A stretch of DNA of 64,000 nucleotides from Promethearchaeota archaeon (GCA_048940645.1 JBHLOI010000002.1:32001-96000), one strand, 5' to 3'. Positions 39,845 to 49,138 are shown, counted from the stretch's first letter. Translations and numbers: made by a program. The notes: a model not told the origin generated them from the letters alone.

Positions 39845-40843
39845 ATGAAAAAAAATAAGGTTTTAGTCCTTGGATCCTTAGCCTTTGATTACATTATGGG
39901 TTTTAAAGAAAAATTTGTTAATGCTGTGTCAATTAATCAAAAAAAAGAAGAATACCAAAGCACAATTACAGCAGATAGTCGACAACTACATTTTGGAGGG
40001 ACTGCTGGCAACATTGCTTATAATCTCGGCTTATTAAATGTTGTAAGTGTTCTTTTAGTGGGTTCAGTGGGAAAAGATTTTGAAAGTTTAGGATATAAGG
40101 GTCATATACAACGCTTTAGAAATATTGAACTGTCAATTGATGAATATGATGATCTTTTCACTGCTGCTTGTTATATAGTCAATGATATTAAATCGAATCA
40201 AATGATTATATTTCATGGTGGTGCCCTAGATAAAGGTAAGAATATAAATTTAGAAGATAAGATCAAGAATCCAAAAGAGTTTGCCTATGCGATTAATTCA
40301 ACACAAAGTATCGAAGCTATGAGTAATTTTGCTGAGCAACTAAATAATTTAAAGATCCCAACAATTTTTGATCCTGGGCAAGTTACGCCACTTTTTCCAA
40401 AAGAATTATTAATCAATATAATTAAAAAGTCTGAAATTTTAATTGGCAATTCTTATGAAATAGAACAAATAAAAAGGAGAACTGGATTTACAGAAAAAAA
40501 ATTAATTGAATCTGTCAAGGCAATTATAACCACTAAGGGCTCAGATGGTTCAGAATTAATTTATAAAGATGATAAGAATAAGATTTATAAAATAAATATT
40601 CCTATAGCAATTCCAGAAAAAATAGAAGATGCTACTGGAGCAGGAGATGGGTATCGAGCAGGAATATTAACAGGGTTAATCTTAAATATGACAATTTTAG
40701 ATTCTTGCAGATTAGGTTCTATAGTGGGATCATTTGTAATTGAAAGTAGCGGAGCACAGAGCCAATATTTCAATATAAACCAAATTAGAAAAAGATTTTT
40801 CAATACTTATGGATACATTCCTCCTGAATTAGAAAAAATATAA
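39845..40843 (+). CDS. PfkB-family nucleoside (adenosine-like) kinase
   Basis: GSLAFD, GGTAGNIAY, FDPGQ, DATGAGDGYRAG. Confidence 0.88.
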   Translation: MKKNKVLVLGSLAFDYIMGFKEKFVNAVSINQKKEEYQSTITADSRQLHFGGTAGNIAYNLGLLNVVSVLLVGSVGKDFESLGYKGHIQRFRNIELSIDEYDDLFTAACYIVNDIKSNQMIIFHGGALDKGKNINLEDKIKNPKEFAYAINSTQSIEAMSNFAEQLNNLKIPTIFDPGQVTPLFPKELLINIIKKSEILIGNSYEIEQIKRRTGFTEKKLIESVKAIITTKGSDGSELIYKDDKNKIYKINIPIAIPEKIEDATGAGDGYRAGILTGLILNMTILDSCRLGSIVGSFVIESSGAQSQYFNINQIRKRFFNTYGYIPPELEKI

Positions 40844-40867
40844 AGTTTAGTTTTTGACAACTTGTAC

Positions 40868-42304
40868 CTAATCATGTAATATTGGTTTTCTAGCAGCAAG
40901 GACAGCATCTAAACGCCCTATAGAGGTATTATGTGGAGAAGTTTTTACCAATTCAGGGTCCTCATGAGCTTCTTCATATATTTTATACATTATATCCACA
41001 AAATTATCGAGGGATTTTTTAGATTCTGTTTCTGTAGGTTCAATCATAATTGCTCCATTCACTATTAATGGAAAGTAAATAGTTGGAGCATAAATTCCAT
41101 AATCTAAAATTCTTTTAGCAATATCTTCAGTTATTACTTCATTTGGTAAACCTTTATCCGATAACACAAACTCATGTTGACAAATTCTGTTGTAAGGAAG
41201 ATCATATTTTTTTTGTAGTAAAACTCGTAGATAGTTTGCATTTAGGACTGAAATTTGACCTACTTGTTCTAAACCTTCACTTCCTAATGCTAAAATATAA
41301 GTATATGCGCGTATAATAACTCCAAAATTACCCCAAAATGCTTTTATCCTTCCTATTGATTTTTCATTATTACTTTTACATATAATTCCTTCACTAGTTT
41401 TTATAATACAAGGTTTAGGTAAAAAAGGAATAAGATTATTTACTACTCCAACTGGTCCTGATCCAGGTCCACCTCCTCCATGAGGGGTAGAAAAGGTTTT
41501 ATGCAGATTTAAGTGGACTATATCGAATCCCATATCTTTAGGTCGACAGATTCCTAACATTGGATTTAGGTTTGCTCCATCATAGTAACAGATGCCACCA
41601 TTCTCATGTACAATTCGTGTTATTTCTGTTATTTGACGATCGAAAACTCCTAATGTATTTGGATTGGTTAACATGATCCCTGCTACATCTTTTTCTTTCA
41701 TTGCATATTCTAATTGATCTAATGGAACTTCACCATTTTTATCAGATTGTAATTCAATAATCGAAAATCCAGCCATTTTTGCAGAAGCAGGATTAGTGCC
41801 ATGAGCAGAATCCGGTACTATTATCTTACTTTTCTTAACTTTTCTGCTCTTAAAATATTTTTTCATTATTAATAAGCCTGTTAGTTCACCATGGGCACCA
41901 GCAGCAGGTTGTAGGGTAAATGCCTCCATACCGGTTATTTCTCCTAACATTTTCGAAGTCTTATAGATTACTTCCATCGCCCCTTGATTTTCTTCCTGAA
42001 GTGGATGGATTTGAGAAAAACCAGATAAGCGTGCAGTTATTTCATTTATTTTTGGATTATATTTCATAGTACAAGAGCCCAATGGATAAATTCCATTATC
42101 TACACCGTAATTTTTTTGACTTAAATTAATATAATGTCTTACAATTTCTATTTCAGGGTTATCTGGAATATCTAATTGGGCTCTCTGGTAATTTGGTGGA
42201 ATAATTTCATCAATATCAATACGTTCAATATCCATTTTAGGTATGAAATTTTTATGTGCCTTTCCATTTCCTTTTTCAAAAATTAATAATTCTTTCGAAG
42301 CCAT
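40868..42304 (-). CDS. gcvPB: Glycine dehydrogenase (decarboxylating) subunit 2
   Basis: YPLGSCTMKYNP, QPAAGAHGE, HLNLHKTFSTPHGGGGPG. Confidence 0.95.
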   Translation of the reverse strand: MASKELLIFEKGNGKAHKNFIPKMDIERIDIDEIIPPNYQRAQLDIPDNPEIEIVRHYINLSQKNYGVDNGIYPLGSCTMKYNPKINEITARLSGFSQIHPLQEENQGAMEVIYKTSKMLGEITGMEAFTLQPAAGAHGELTGLLIMKKYFKSRKVKKSKIIVPDSAHGTNPASAKMAGFSIIELQSDKNGEVPLDQLEYAMKEKDVAGIMLTNPNTLGVFDRQITEITRIVHENGGICYYDGANLNPMLGICRPKDMGFDIVHLNLHKTFSTPHGGGGPGSGPVGVVNNLIPFLPKPCIIKTSEGIICKSNNEKSIGRIKAFWGNFGVIIRAYTYILALGSEGLEQVGQISVLNANYLRVLLQKKYDLPYNRICQHEFVLSDKGLPNEVITEDIAKRILDYGIYAPTIYFPLIVNGAIMIEPTETESKKSLDNFVDIMYKIYEEAHEDPELVKTSPHNTSIGRLDAVLAARKPILHD

Positions 42305-42319
42305 TTTTTGTTTACTCTC

Positions 42320-43657
42320 CTAATAATTTTCTACAGCCTTTTTTGCTGCATCAATAAATTTTTCCATCGATTTTTGGCTATTACATTCAGTAACACACAC
42401 TAAAGCAACATTATCTAATTCTGGATAATATTTTGACAACTTTAGAGGAGGGAGTAAATCTTTCTTTTTACATTCATTAATTAGTGCTTCAATATTTGGG
42501 CATTTCAACATGAATTCATTATATGTTGGTTTTTTATTTAAAATTTCATAACCAGGTATTTTTATTAGTTCTCTTTTTAGATAATGCGTTTTTTGAAAAT
42601 TCTGGGCGGCTATTTCTTTTAAACCAGTTTTACCTAATGATAATAAATATATTAGGGCTGCTAAGGAACAGAGAGCCTGATTTGTACAAATATTCGAGCT
42701 TGCTTTTTCTCTTCTAATATGCTGTTCACGTGCCTGAAGGGTTAAAATAAATCCAGTTTTTTCTCCATATAGCTCCTTTGTTTTTCCAATCAACCGCCCA
42801 GGCATCTTCCGCAAAAATTTTTGTTTAGCCGTAAAAATTCCTAACCCTGGGCCTCCAAAAGAAGGGGAAATGCCAAATGGTTGACCTTCTGCTACATATA
42901 TATCAATATCTAATTCCCCAGGGGTTTTTAATATACCTAGGCAAGTGGGATCTGTCATAACTTGGATAATTAAACACTTTTGTGATCCTTCTCGTACAGT
43001 TCTAACCATATCTTCTATATTTTCAATGTCTCCAAAAAAATTTGGACTTTGAAATAAAACTGCCGCAATATCTTCTGTAATTTCATTCTTTAATTGGTTT
43101 TCTTTAATAATTTTATGATCAATTTCTTGTCCCCAACAATAAGTTTCAACAACCTCAATATATTCTGGATGGATTCCTTCTAATAAGATAACCTTACTTT
43201 TACTGGTAATGATTGTAGCCATTATTGCTGCTTCTGCTAAAGCTGTTGAACCATCATACATACTTGCATTTGCAATATCCATCTGAGTTAATTTAGAAAT
43301 TATTGTTTGATATTCAAAAATTGCTTGTAAATAACCTTGACTTGCTTCTGCTTGATAAGGTGTGTAAGAACTATAGAATTCTGGACGACTAATTATAAAA
43401 TCAACTATAGATGGTACATAATGGTAATAGCAACCTGCCCCTAAAAAACTATAAGAATATACTTTATTTTGATGGGAAAGATTATTTAAATATCTTAATA
43501 AATCCGGTTCTGATAATCCAGTAGATAAATCTAATTTCTTAATTTTTATATTGTTCGGTATATCTTGAAATAAATCATCTATAGAATTTACACCAATAGT
43601 TTTAAGCATCTCTTCAATTATTTTCTCATTATGAGGTATAAAGTCCAATTTTAACAA
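42320..43657 (-). CDS. gcvPA: Glycine dehydrogenase (decarboxylating) subunit 1
   Basis: FLGAG.Y.H, YTPYQAE.SQG, NASMYDG, REQHIRREKASSNICTNQAL. Confidence 0.95.
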   Translation of the reverse strand: MLKLDFIPHNEKIIEEMLKTIGVNSIDDLFQDIPNNIKIKKLDLSTGLSEPDLLRYLNNLSHQNKVYSYSFLGAGCYYHYVPSIVDFIISRPEFYSSYTPYQAEASQGYLQAIFEYQTIISKLTQMDIANASMYDGSTALAEAAIMATIITSKSKVILLEGIHPEYIEVVETYCWGQEIDHKIIKENQLKNEITEDIAAVLFQSPNFFGDIENIEDMVRTVREGSQKCLIIQVMTDPTCLGILKTPGELDIDIYVAEGQPFGISPSFGGPGLGIFTAKQKFLRKMPGRLIGKTKELYGEKTGFILTLQAREQHIRREKASSNICTNQALCSLAALIYLLSLGKTGLKEIAAQNFQKTHYLKRELIKIPGYEILNKKPTYNEFMLKCPNIEALINECKKKDLLPPLKLSKYYPELDNVALVCVTECNSQKSMEKFIDAAKKAVENY

Positions 43658-43702
43658 CTCATGGAATTTAATTAAAAAAATTAATAAAAATATTATTAGA
43701 AT

Positions 43703-44098
43703 CTAATTCTCTTCGTTTTGCACTAATTCTTTATATTTATTAACAGTAAGAAGACTATTGACCTCATCATAGTTAGAAAACTTCACTTCTAAAATCCATC
43801 CCTCCTCAAATGGCGAGGAATTAACGAGTTCTGGGCTTTCAGTAAGTTTTTCATTTATACTAATAATTTGTCCTGATAAAGGCATAATAATATCTCCAAC
43901 TGCTTTAACAGATTCTATTTCTCCAACACTAGTTTCTTTTTCAACACTAGTGCCAAGATCAGGAAGCTGGATAAAAACAATATCTCCTAACTGATGCTGA
44001 GCATAATCAGTTATCCCCACTCTAGCAATATCCTCTTCAATTCTGACCCACTCATGAGAAGAGGTATATTTTAAATTATCAGGGAACTTATAATCCAT
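43703..44098 (-). CDS. gcvH: Glycine cleavage system H protein
   Basis: HEWV, GITDYAQ..LGDIVF, ESVKA (lipoyl Lys). Confidence 0.95.
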   Translation of the reverse strand: MDYKFPDNLKYTSSHEWVRIEEDIARVGITDYAQHQLGDIVFIQLPDLGTSVEKETSVGEIESVKAVGDIIMPLSGQIISINEKLTESPELVNSSPFEEGWILEVKFSNYDEVNSLLTVNKYKELVQNEEN

Positions 44099-44132
44099 TT
44101 TATTTCACATGTTGTTTAATTTATGAATATTT

Positions 44133-45233
44133 CTATACATTCCGATAAAAAGGTATAGGTACAATAATTCCTTTTAGCAATTTTCCTCGAATTTCAATTT
44201 CTAATTCTGTTCCGATTTCACTATACAGGGATTGCACTAGACCTAAGCCAATAGTTTTATCAAGTGTAGGTGAATACCCCCCAGAAGTAACATACCCAAT
44301 TTCTTGACCATCTTTAAAAATTTTATATGTGTCTCTAATAATTCCTCTTTCTATTAAATTTAAACCTACGATAATTCTCTCTGTTCCTTTTGATTTTTGA
44401 TTTAATAGAATTTCTTTCCCAATATATTCTATACCTTCTTTAGGTTTTGCGAGCCAATTTAATCCGGCTTCTATTGGAGTTATTGAATCACTAATCTCAT
44501 GACCATAAAGTGAATAACACGCCTCTAACCTCAATGAATCTCTTGCACCTAATCCGGCTGGACTTGCTCCAGTATTAATTAAGTCGTTCCAAATTTTTTC
44601 AGCATATTTATTCTCAAATGAAATTTCGAATCCTCTCTCTCCCGTATATCCAGTTCTAGCAATAAAAATAGGTATATTTTTCAGATTACAATGCGCAAAA
44701 TAAAATCGATTTATTTTTGATAGGTCTACATCGACTAAAGGTTGGAACAGTTGATCTGCTTTTGGTCCTTGAAATGCTAAACGGCAACGCTTATCTGAGA
44801 GATTGGTTATTTTAACATCTTTATTTCCAATATGATCATTTAACCATTCCAAATCCTTTTCTCTATTACTGGCATTTACTATCATTCTAAATCTTTCGGG
44901 GGTCTCCTCATAGTATACTAAATCATCAACTACCGTCCCATTCTCATAGCACATTATTGAATATTGTCCTTTAGATGGTTCTAATAGGCTTAAATCATTG
45001 ATCATTATATATTGAAGAAAAGAAATTACGTCCCTTCCCTCAAATAAAAATTCGCCCATATGTGTAATATCAAACACACCGGCATTTGAACGAATAGCCT
45101 TATGCTCTTTTATAATGCTCTCATATTGTACAGGCATATGAAAACCAGCAAATTCTACCATTTTTGCACCTAATTTAACGTGAATATCATAAAGTGGTGT
45201 TTTCTTAACATCTTGAACTTCTTGTTTCGGCAT
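44133..45233 (-). CDS. gcvT: Glycine cleavage system aminomethyltransferase T
   Basis: KTPLY, FDITHMG, RTGYTGE.GFE, GLGARDSLRLEA. Confidence 0.95.
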   Translation of the reverse strand: MPKQEVQDVKKTPLYDIHVKLGAKMVEFAGFHMPVQYESIIKEHKAIRSNAGVFDITHMGEFLFEGRDVISFLQYIMINDLSLLEPSKGQYSIMCYENGTVVDDLVYYEETPERFRMIVNASNREKDLEWLNDHIGNKDVKITNLSDKRCRLAFQGPKADQLFQPLVDVDLSKINRFYFAHCNLKNIPIFIARTGYTGERGFEISFENKYAEKIWNDLINTGASPAGLGARDSLRLEACYSLYGHEISDSITPIEAGLNWLAKPKEGIEYIGKEILLNQKSKGTERIIVGLNLIERGIIRDTYKIFKDGQEIGYVTSGGYSPTLDKTIGLGLVQSLYSEIGTELEIEIRGKLLKGIIVPIPFYRNV

Positions 45234-45394
45234 ATCTACACCTTTTTATGTGTTGAATTTAATATTGTGAGTATAAAGTACAGAGAATTATTTAAATTTT
45301 CAGACTAAATTTTAATTAATTGCTATATGCGGGGAAAAAAATGGGTGTTTTAAGTCTAAAATAATAAGAAAAATAAGGAATTATTTCCAGCAAA

Positions 45395-45922
45395 TTATTC
45401 TTCTACAGGTATTTCTATTAATGAAAGAATATCATAACCCTGTATTTCATCTCTGCCATGCAAACTCCCAGTTAGCTCAATTACAAATGCAATTCCAATA
45501 ACAGTTCCACCAGTTTTTTCTATTAATTTACATGCCGCTTTTGCTGTCCCTCCAGTTGCTAATAAATCATCAAATAATAAAACTTTTTCTCCCTTTTCAA
45601 TAGCGTCAATATGCATCTCAATTGTGTCTGTACCATACTCAAGTTCGTATGTCTCACTAAGTGTCTTATAAGGTAATTTTCCTGGCTTTCTAATCAAAAC
45701 AAATCCTGCACCCAATTGATAAGCAATTACGCCACCCCAAACATAACCCCTAGCCTCTATTGCTGCGACTTTATCGATTCCTTTATCCTTATAATGATTT
45801 ATTATTCGATCGCAAGATTCTTTAAAAGGGGAATACGCTTTACATAATGTTGTAACATCTTTAAATTGGATACCAGGTTTTGGCCAATCTGGGACGTTTC
45901 TTATATATTTCTCCAAATCCAT
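45395..45922 (-). CDS. apt: Adenine phosphoribosyltransferase
   Basis: PKPGIQFKD, EARG, RKPGKLP, YELEYG, DDLLATGGT. Confidence 0.95.
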   Translation of the reverse strand: MDLEKYIRNVPDWPKPGIQFKDVTTLCKAYSPFKESCDRIINHYKDKGIDKVAAIEARGYVWGGVIAYQLGAGFVLIRKPGKLPYKTLSETYELEYGTDTIEMHIDAIEKGEKVLLFDDLLATGGTAKAACKLIEKTGGTVIGIAFVIELTGSLHGRDEIQGYDILSLIEIPVEE

Positions 45923-46123
45923 TCATATAAACCTTTTACTTCTATTTACAAATTAAATTTATTTTCAGAATAATTTTAATTTCTATTTATGGTAATTAAA
46001 AATTATATTTAATTGAATCGTCAAGACTTAATTTTCTCATCAAAATTAAGAATTAGAAAAAATTATATAAAGACAATCTTATAAGAAATATATTAGACAA
46101 TCAATTTTTAATAATAGATTAAA

Positions 46124-47107
46124 ATGAAGATATTATTATTTGGTCCACAAAATGCAGGAAAGACTAGCTTAATGAGGACAACCTGCTTAGGATATAACTT
46201 CATGAAGGTTTTAAATCTAAAACCAACAAAAGGTATTTCAAGAGAGAATTTTATCTTCCGCGGTATCATGGAACTCAACTGATTTTGCCATTTCGGGAAT
46301 TTCTGAGAAGTTTGGGACGCGGGAGGCCAACAACGGTATATGGAGCGATATTTCTCAGATACACACCGAGAACTTATATTTTCAGAAGTTAAAACTGCGA
46401 TTTTTATGGCAGAATCTACTGTTATTGAGGATAGAGTAAAAGAAGTCTTTGATAAATTTTTAACCTACCTCTTTGAATTTAGCCCTCAAACAGAAACAGT
46501 TTATGTTTTATTGAATAAAATTGATTTACAAGATTCAAAGGAAGATGAACTTTATAATTTATTAATTAAGGGCATTGATAGTGATTTGAAGGAAAAACTT
46601 ATTTTTACTCCTGTGAGCGTAAAGGAGGGGAGTGCCCAACATCGTCTTATTGAAGTTTTAGATTTCGAAATTCAAAAGAATACTCTTGCATTGCAACGGC
46701 TAGGTAAAATAAGACATTTATTAGATCAACTTAAAGTTAATACTTTATCTGAATATCTTTTATTTAATCAACCAGATGGCTTGTTAATAGCTTCAACTTT
46801 GGGCAAATTTGAACATAAACCTTTACAGTTTATGAAATTTGAAATTGGAACGCTTGATTCTAATGTGTACCAGATCTTTAGTAAGATTATGGAACTAATG
46901 AATACTTCAATTTCACCTTTAGAATTAACTACTGTTATATATGAAAGTGAAAGCAATTATATTCTTGTAAAGGAAGTAAGCAATGGCTCGGTCTTAATGG
47001 CTGTTACCCATAATAAAAATAATGAAGTTTTTTCAAATGTTATGGAAACCCTCACTGGGGAGAATTTTATAAATTTAAAAAATTATTTAACTACTTCTGA
47101 TTTTTAA
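46124..47107 (+). CDS. RagA/Gtr1-like GTPase with C-terminal roadblock domain; predicted join(46124..46279,46310..47107), 317 aa
   Basis: Exon 1 (52 aa) MKILLFGPQNAGKTSLMRTTCLGYNFMKVLNLKPTKGISRENFIFRGIMELN carries G1 and G2. It is in frame with exon 2, VWDAGGQQRYMERYFS..RELIFSEV...LLNKID...PVS (G3-G5), followed by a roadblock-like tail (FNQPDGLLIAS...NYILVKEVSNGSVLMAV). The joined sequence parallels RagA ...FLGNLVLNLWDCGGQ..FMENYF... Confidence 0.88.
46280..46309 (+). other. Candidate 30-nt bulge-helix-bulge (tRNA-type) mRNA intron
   Basis: Sequence tgattttgccatttcgggaatttctgagaa, with two in-frame TGA. Central helix CUCA(46274-77)/UGAG(46304-07); 3-nt bulges ACU(46278-80) and AAG(46308-10). 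Cutting after the second bulge nucleotide on each strand excises exactly this segment. Confidence 0.8.
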
Positions 47108-47173
47108 AATATTAAAAAATTTTTTAAAATAAAAAATAAAGAATTTAGAAAAAATATCTGAAAATATTATCTA

Positions 47174-48031
47174 TTATTGTTCTTTTTCCATAAGTGTTTT
47201 TTTGGTTAATATATGTTGTTTTGCATGATGAGGCCTTCTTAAAACAGTGTCATTTGATTTTTCTATCTCTCTTGCTTGATCACACATAAAAGCCGCAGTT
47301 CTCATCATTTCATGGGCGGCTGCTAATAAAGGCATATAATCTTCTCTTTCTTTCAACACAAAGCAAGCTTTCGCTGTAACTTTTGAAACTGAAGCTGCTA
47401 ACTCAAAAGCAGCAATAGCTTTTGCTTCTGCATATGGATTAGAAAAACCAGCAGCTTTAACAGCTTTAATAGCATCAACGATTATTCTTGGCATGCTAGG
47501 AGCTGTTCCTTCAAGCATGCTCATAATTACCTTATTCAATTCTCCTGCAATAACTCGAAGTGCTCCAGTTATCGTAAGAACTTTTAACAAGTCCGAATTA
47601 AAACAACTCATTTCAGTTGGATCTAAAAAGGGTCTTCTTGCACCAATCATGCTATCACAGTTAACTAAAATGTATCCCATCCCTTTTTCTTCAATCTCTT
47701 CCACCGCCTTTTTCGCTGGAGCATCAGAAATTACAATAGTAGGAATTCCAGCCTCTTTAGCCATATCTCTAGCAGCTAATGGTCCTTTTAGAGCAGCATT
47801 CGGACTAGACATTAAAATAAGTTCTGGCTCCCACTTTAATAGATCTTTCATTGTTTCAGTACACATTTCTGGTGGATGCATTTTAGCACCTGATGTTACT
47901 TCATAGACATTAATTCTTGTAGCTTCAGCTCTTTCATCCATAAGGAATGCGAGCAATAAAGAAGAACCAATGGTTCCATTTTTAAGGATGCCGATTTTTA
48001 GTATTTTACCTTCTTCACTCATTTTTGACAC
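47174..48031 (-). CDS. mtd: F420-dependent methylenetetrahydromethanopterin dehydrogenase
   Basis: KIGILKNG, DERAE, SGAKM, SPNAALKGP, DSMIGARR.FLDPTEM, FSNPYA.AKA, AAHEMMR, RRPH. Confidence 0.95.
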   Translation of the reverse strand: MSKMSEEGKILKIGILKNGTIGSSLLLAFLMDERAEATRINVYEVTSGAKMHPPEMCTETMKDLLKWEPELILMSSPNAALKGPLAARDMAKEAGIPTIVISDAPAKKAVEEIEEKGMGYILVNCDSMIGARRPFLDPTEMSCFNSDLLKVLTITGALRVIAGELNKVIMSMLEGTAPSMPRIIVDAIKAVKAAGFSNPYAEAKAIAAFELAASVSKVTAKACFVLKEREDYMPLLAAAHEMMRTAAFMCDQAREIEKSNDTVLRRPHHAKQHILTKKTLMEKEQ

Positions 48032-48186
48032 TTTTTTCTAAAATTAAATAATAATTTTACGTATTATTTTACTTACAATTTCCCACTATTTTTAATATTT
48101 CTTTAATTTTGATTCTACTATTTTAAAATTTTATATGAAATCAATGTCTAATTATTAATATTATTCAAAAAAAAAATCGAGTTGAG

Positions 48187-49104
48187 ATGAAAATGGAATT
48201 AAATGGAGTTGAAATAGAAGATACTTACTGTGAAGCTTTTACTGCTGTTTTTACCAGAATTTTAGTCACAGCGAAAAATGAAAAATGGGTAAAAATAGCT
48301 AGTCAAGTAGCAACGGGTTATGGAACATCTACGATTCATTGTGATTCTGAAGCAGGCATCGATGTTTTTGTTCCATCAGAAAAGACACCAGATAAACGTC
48401 CAGGAGTCATTTTAATGTTTTTTAAAACAAAAAAAGATCAAATGGACAATGTACTATTGAATCGTATTGGACAATGCATTTTAACTTGCCCTACAACAGC
48501 ATGTTTTGATGCTATAAGTGGTTCAGTCGATCCAATTAAAGAATTCGAAATTAAAACAGGTTATAAACTGAAATTTTTTGGGGATAAATTTGAAGAAAAA
48601 ATAGAAGGAGTATTTCCTTTCGAGGCATGGAAAATTCCTGTAATGGATGGAGAGTTTATTGTTCAAAGCAATTTTAAGGTTGGGAAGGGAATCGCAGGTG
48701 GTAACTTCTTAATACTTTCAGAAAGCCAAGAATCAGGACTACAAGCTGCTGAAGCAGCAATTGAGGCGATAAAAGATGTTGAGAATGTTATTACTCCATT
48801 TCCAGGAGGAATAGCAAGGTCAGGATCAAAAGTAGGTTCAAAATATTCCTTTTTAAACGCAAGTACTAACGACCCACTTTGTCCAACATTAAGAAAGGTC
48901 AGCGAAAATTCTCAATTAGGAGAAAAGGATAATTGTGTTTATGAGGTAATTTTGGATGGAGCAATTGAGGAGTCTATAAAGAAAGCTATGAAATTAGGTA
49001 TTCAAGCATCAGTAAAAGTGCCTGGGGTTAATAAGATTTCCGCAGGAAATTATGGTGGTAAATTAGGTAAATTTCAGTACCGTTTACACGAAGTATTAAT
49101 GTAA
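48187..49104 (+). CDS. ftr: Formylmethanofuran-tetrahydromethanopterin formyltransferase
   Basis: IEDTYCEAF, TPDKRPG, RIGQCILTCPTT, IAGGNF, PFPGG..RSGSKVGS, SAGNYGGKLG. Confidence 0.95.
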   Translation: MKMELNGVEIEDTYCEAFTAVFTRILVTAKNEKWVKIASQVATGYGTSTIHCDSEAGIDVFVPSEKTPDKRPGVILMFFKTKKDQMDNVLLNRIGQCILTCPTTACFDAISGSVDPIKEFEIKTGYKLKFFGDKFEEKIEGVFPFEAWKIPVMDGEFIVQSNFKVGKGIAGGNFLILSESQESGLQAAEAAIEAIKDVENVITPFPGGIARSGSKVGSKYSFLNASTNDPLCPTLRKVSENSQLGEKDNCVYEVILDGAIEESIKKAMKLGIQASVKVPGVNKISAGNYGGKLGKFQYRLHEVLM

Positions 49105-49138
49105 AATTTTGAAAAATTTATTTTAAATTTACTTATTT

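Noticed and set aside
45234-45394. Glycine riboswitch upstream of gcvT
   Set aside because: The region is short and AT-rich, with no recognisable aptamer core or stable stems.
46051-46075. BRE/TATA-like element (agaaaaaattatataa) upstream of the Rag-like gene, and similar elements elsewhere
   Set aside because: Such motifs occur by chance throughout these very AT-rich intergenic regions and cannot be supported without TSS data.
46280-46309. The two in-frame UGA codons read as selenocysteine
   Set aside because: Lokiarchaeia do use Sec, but readthrough would insert 10 residues into the strand immediately before the DxxG motif. The positions do not align with Cys in Rag GTPases, and BHB excision explains the insert exactly.
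46124-47107. Rag-like gene as a pseudogene, or 46340 as the true gene start
   Set aside because: Both exons are intact with G1-G5 motifs and no other lesion. A start at 46340 would lack G1-G3. The insert has no target-site or tandem duplication suggestive of a mobile-element scar.
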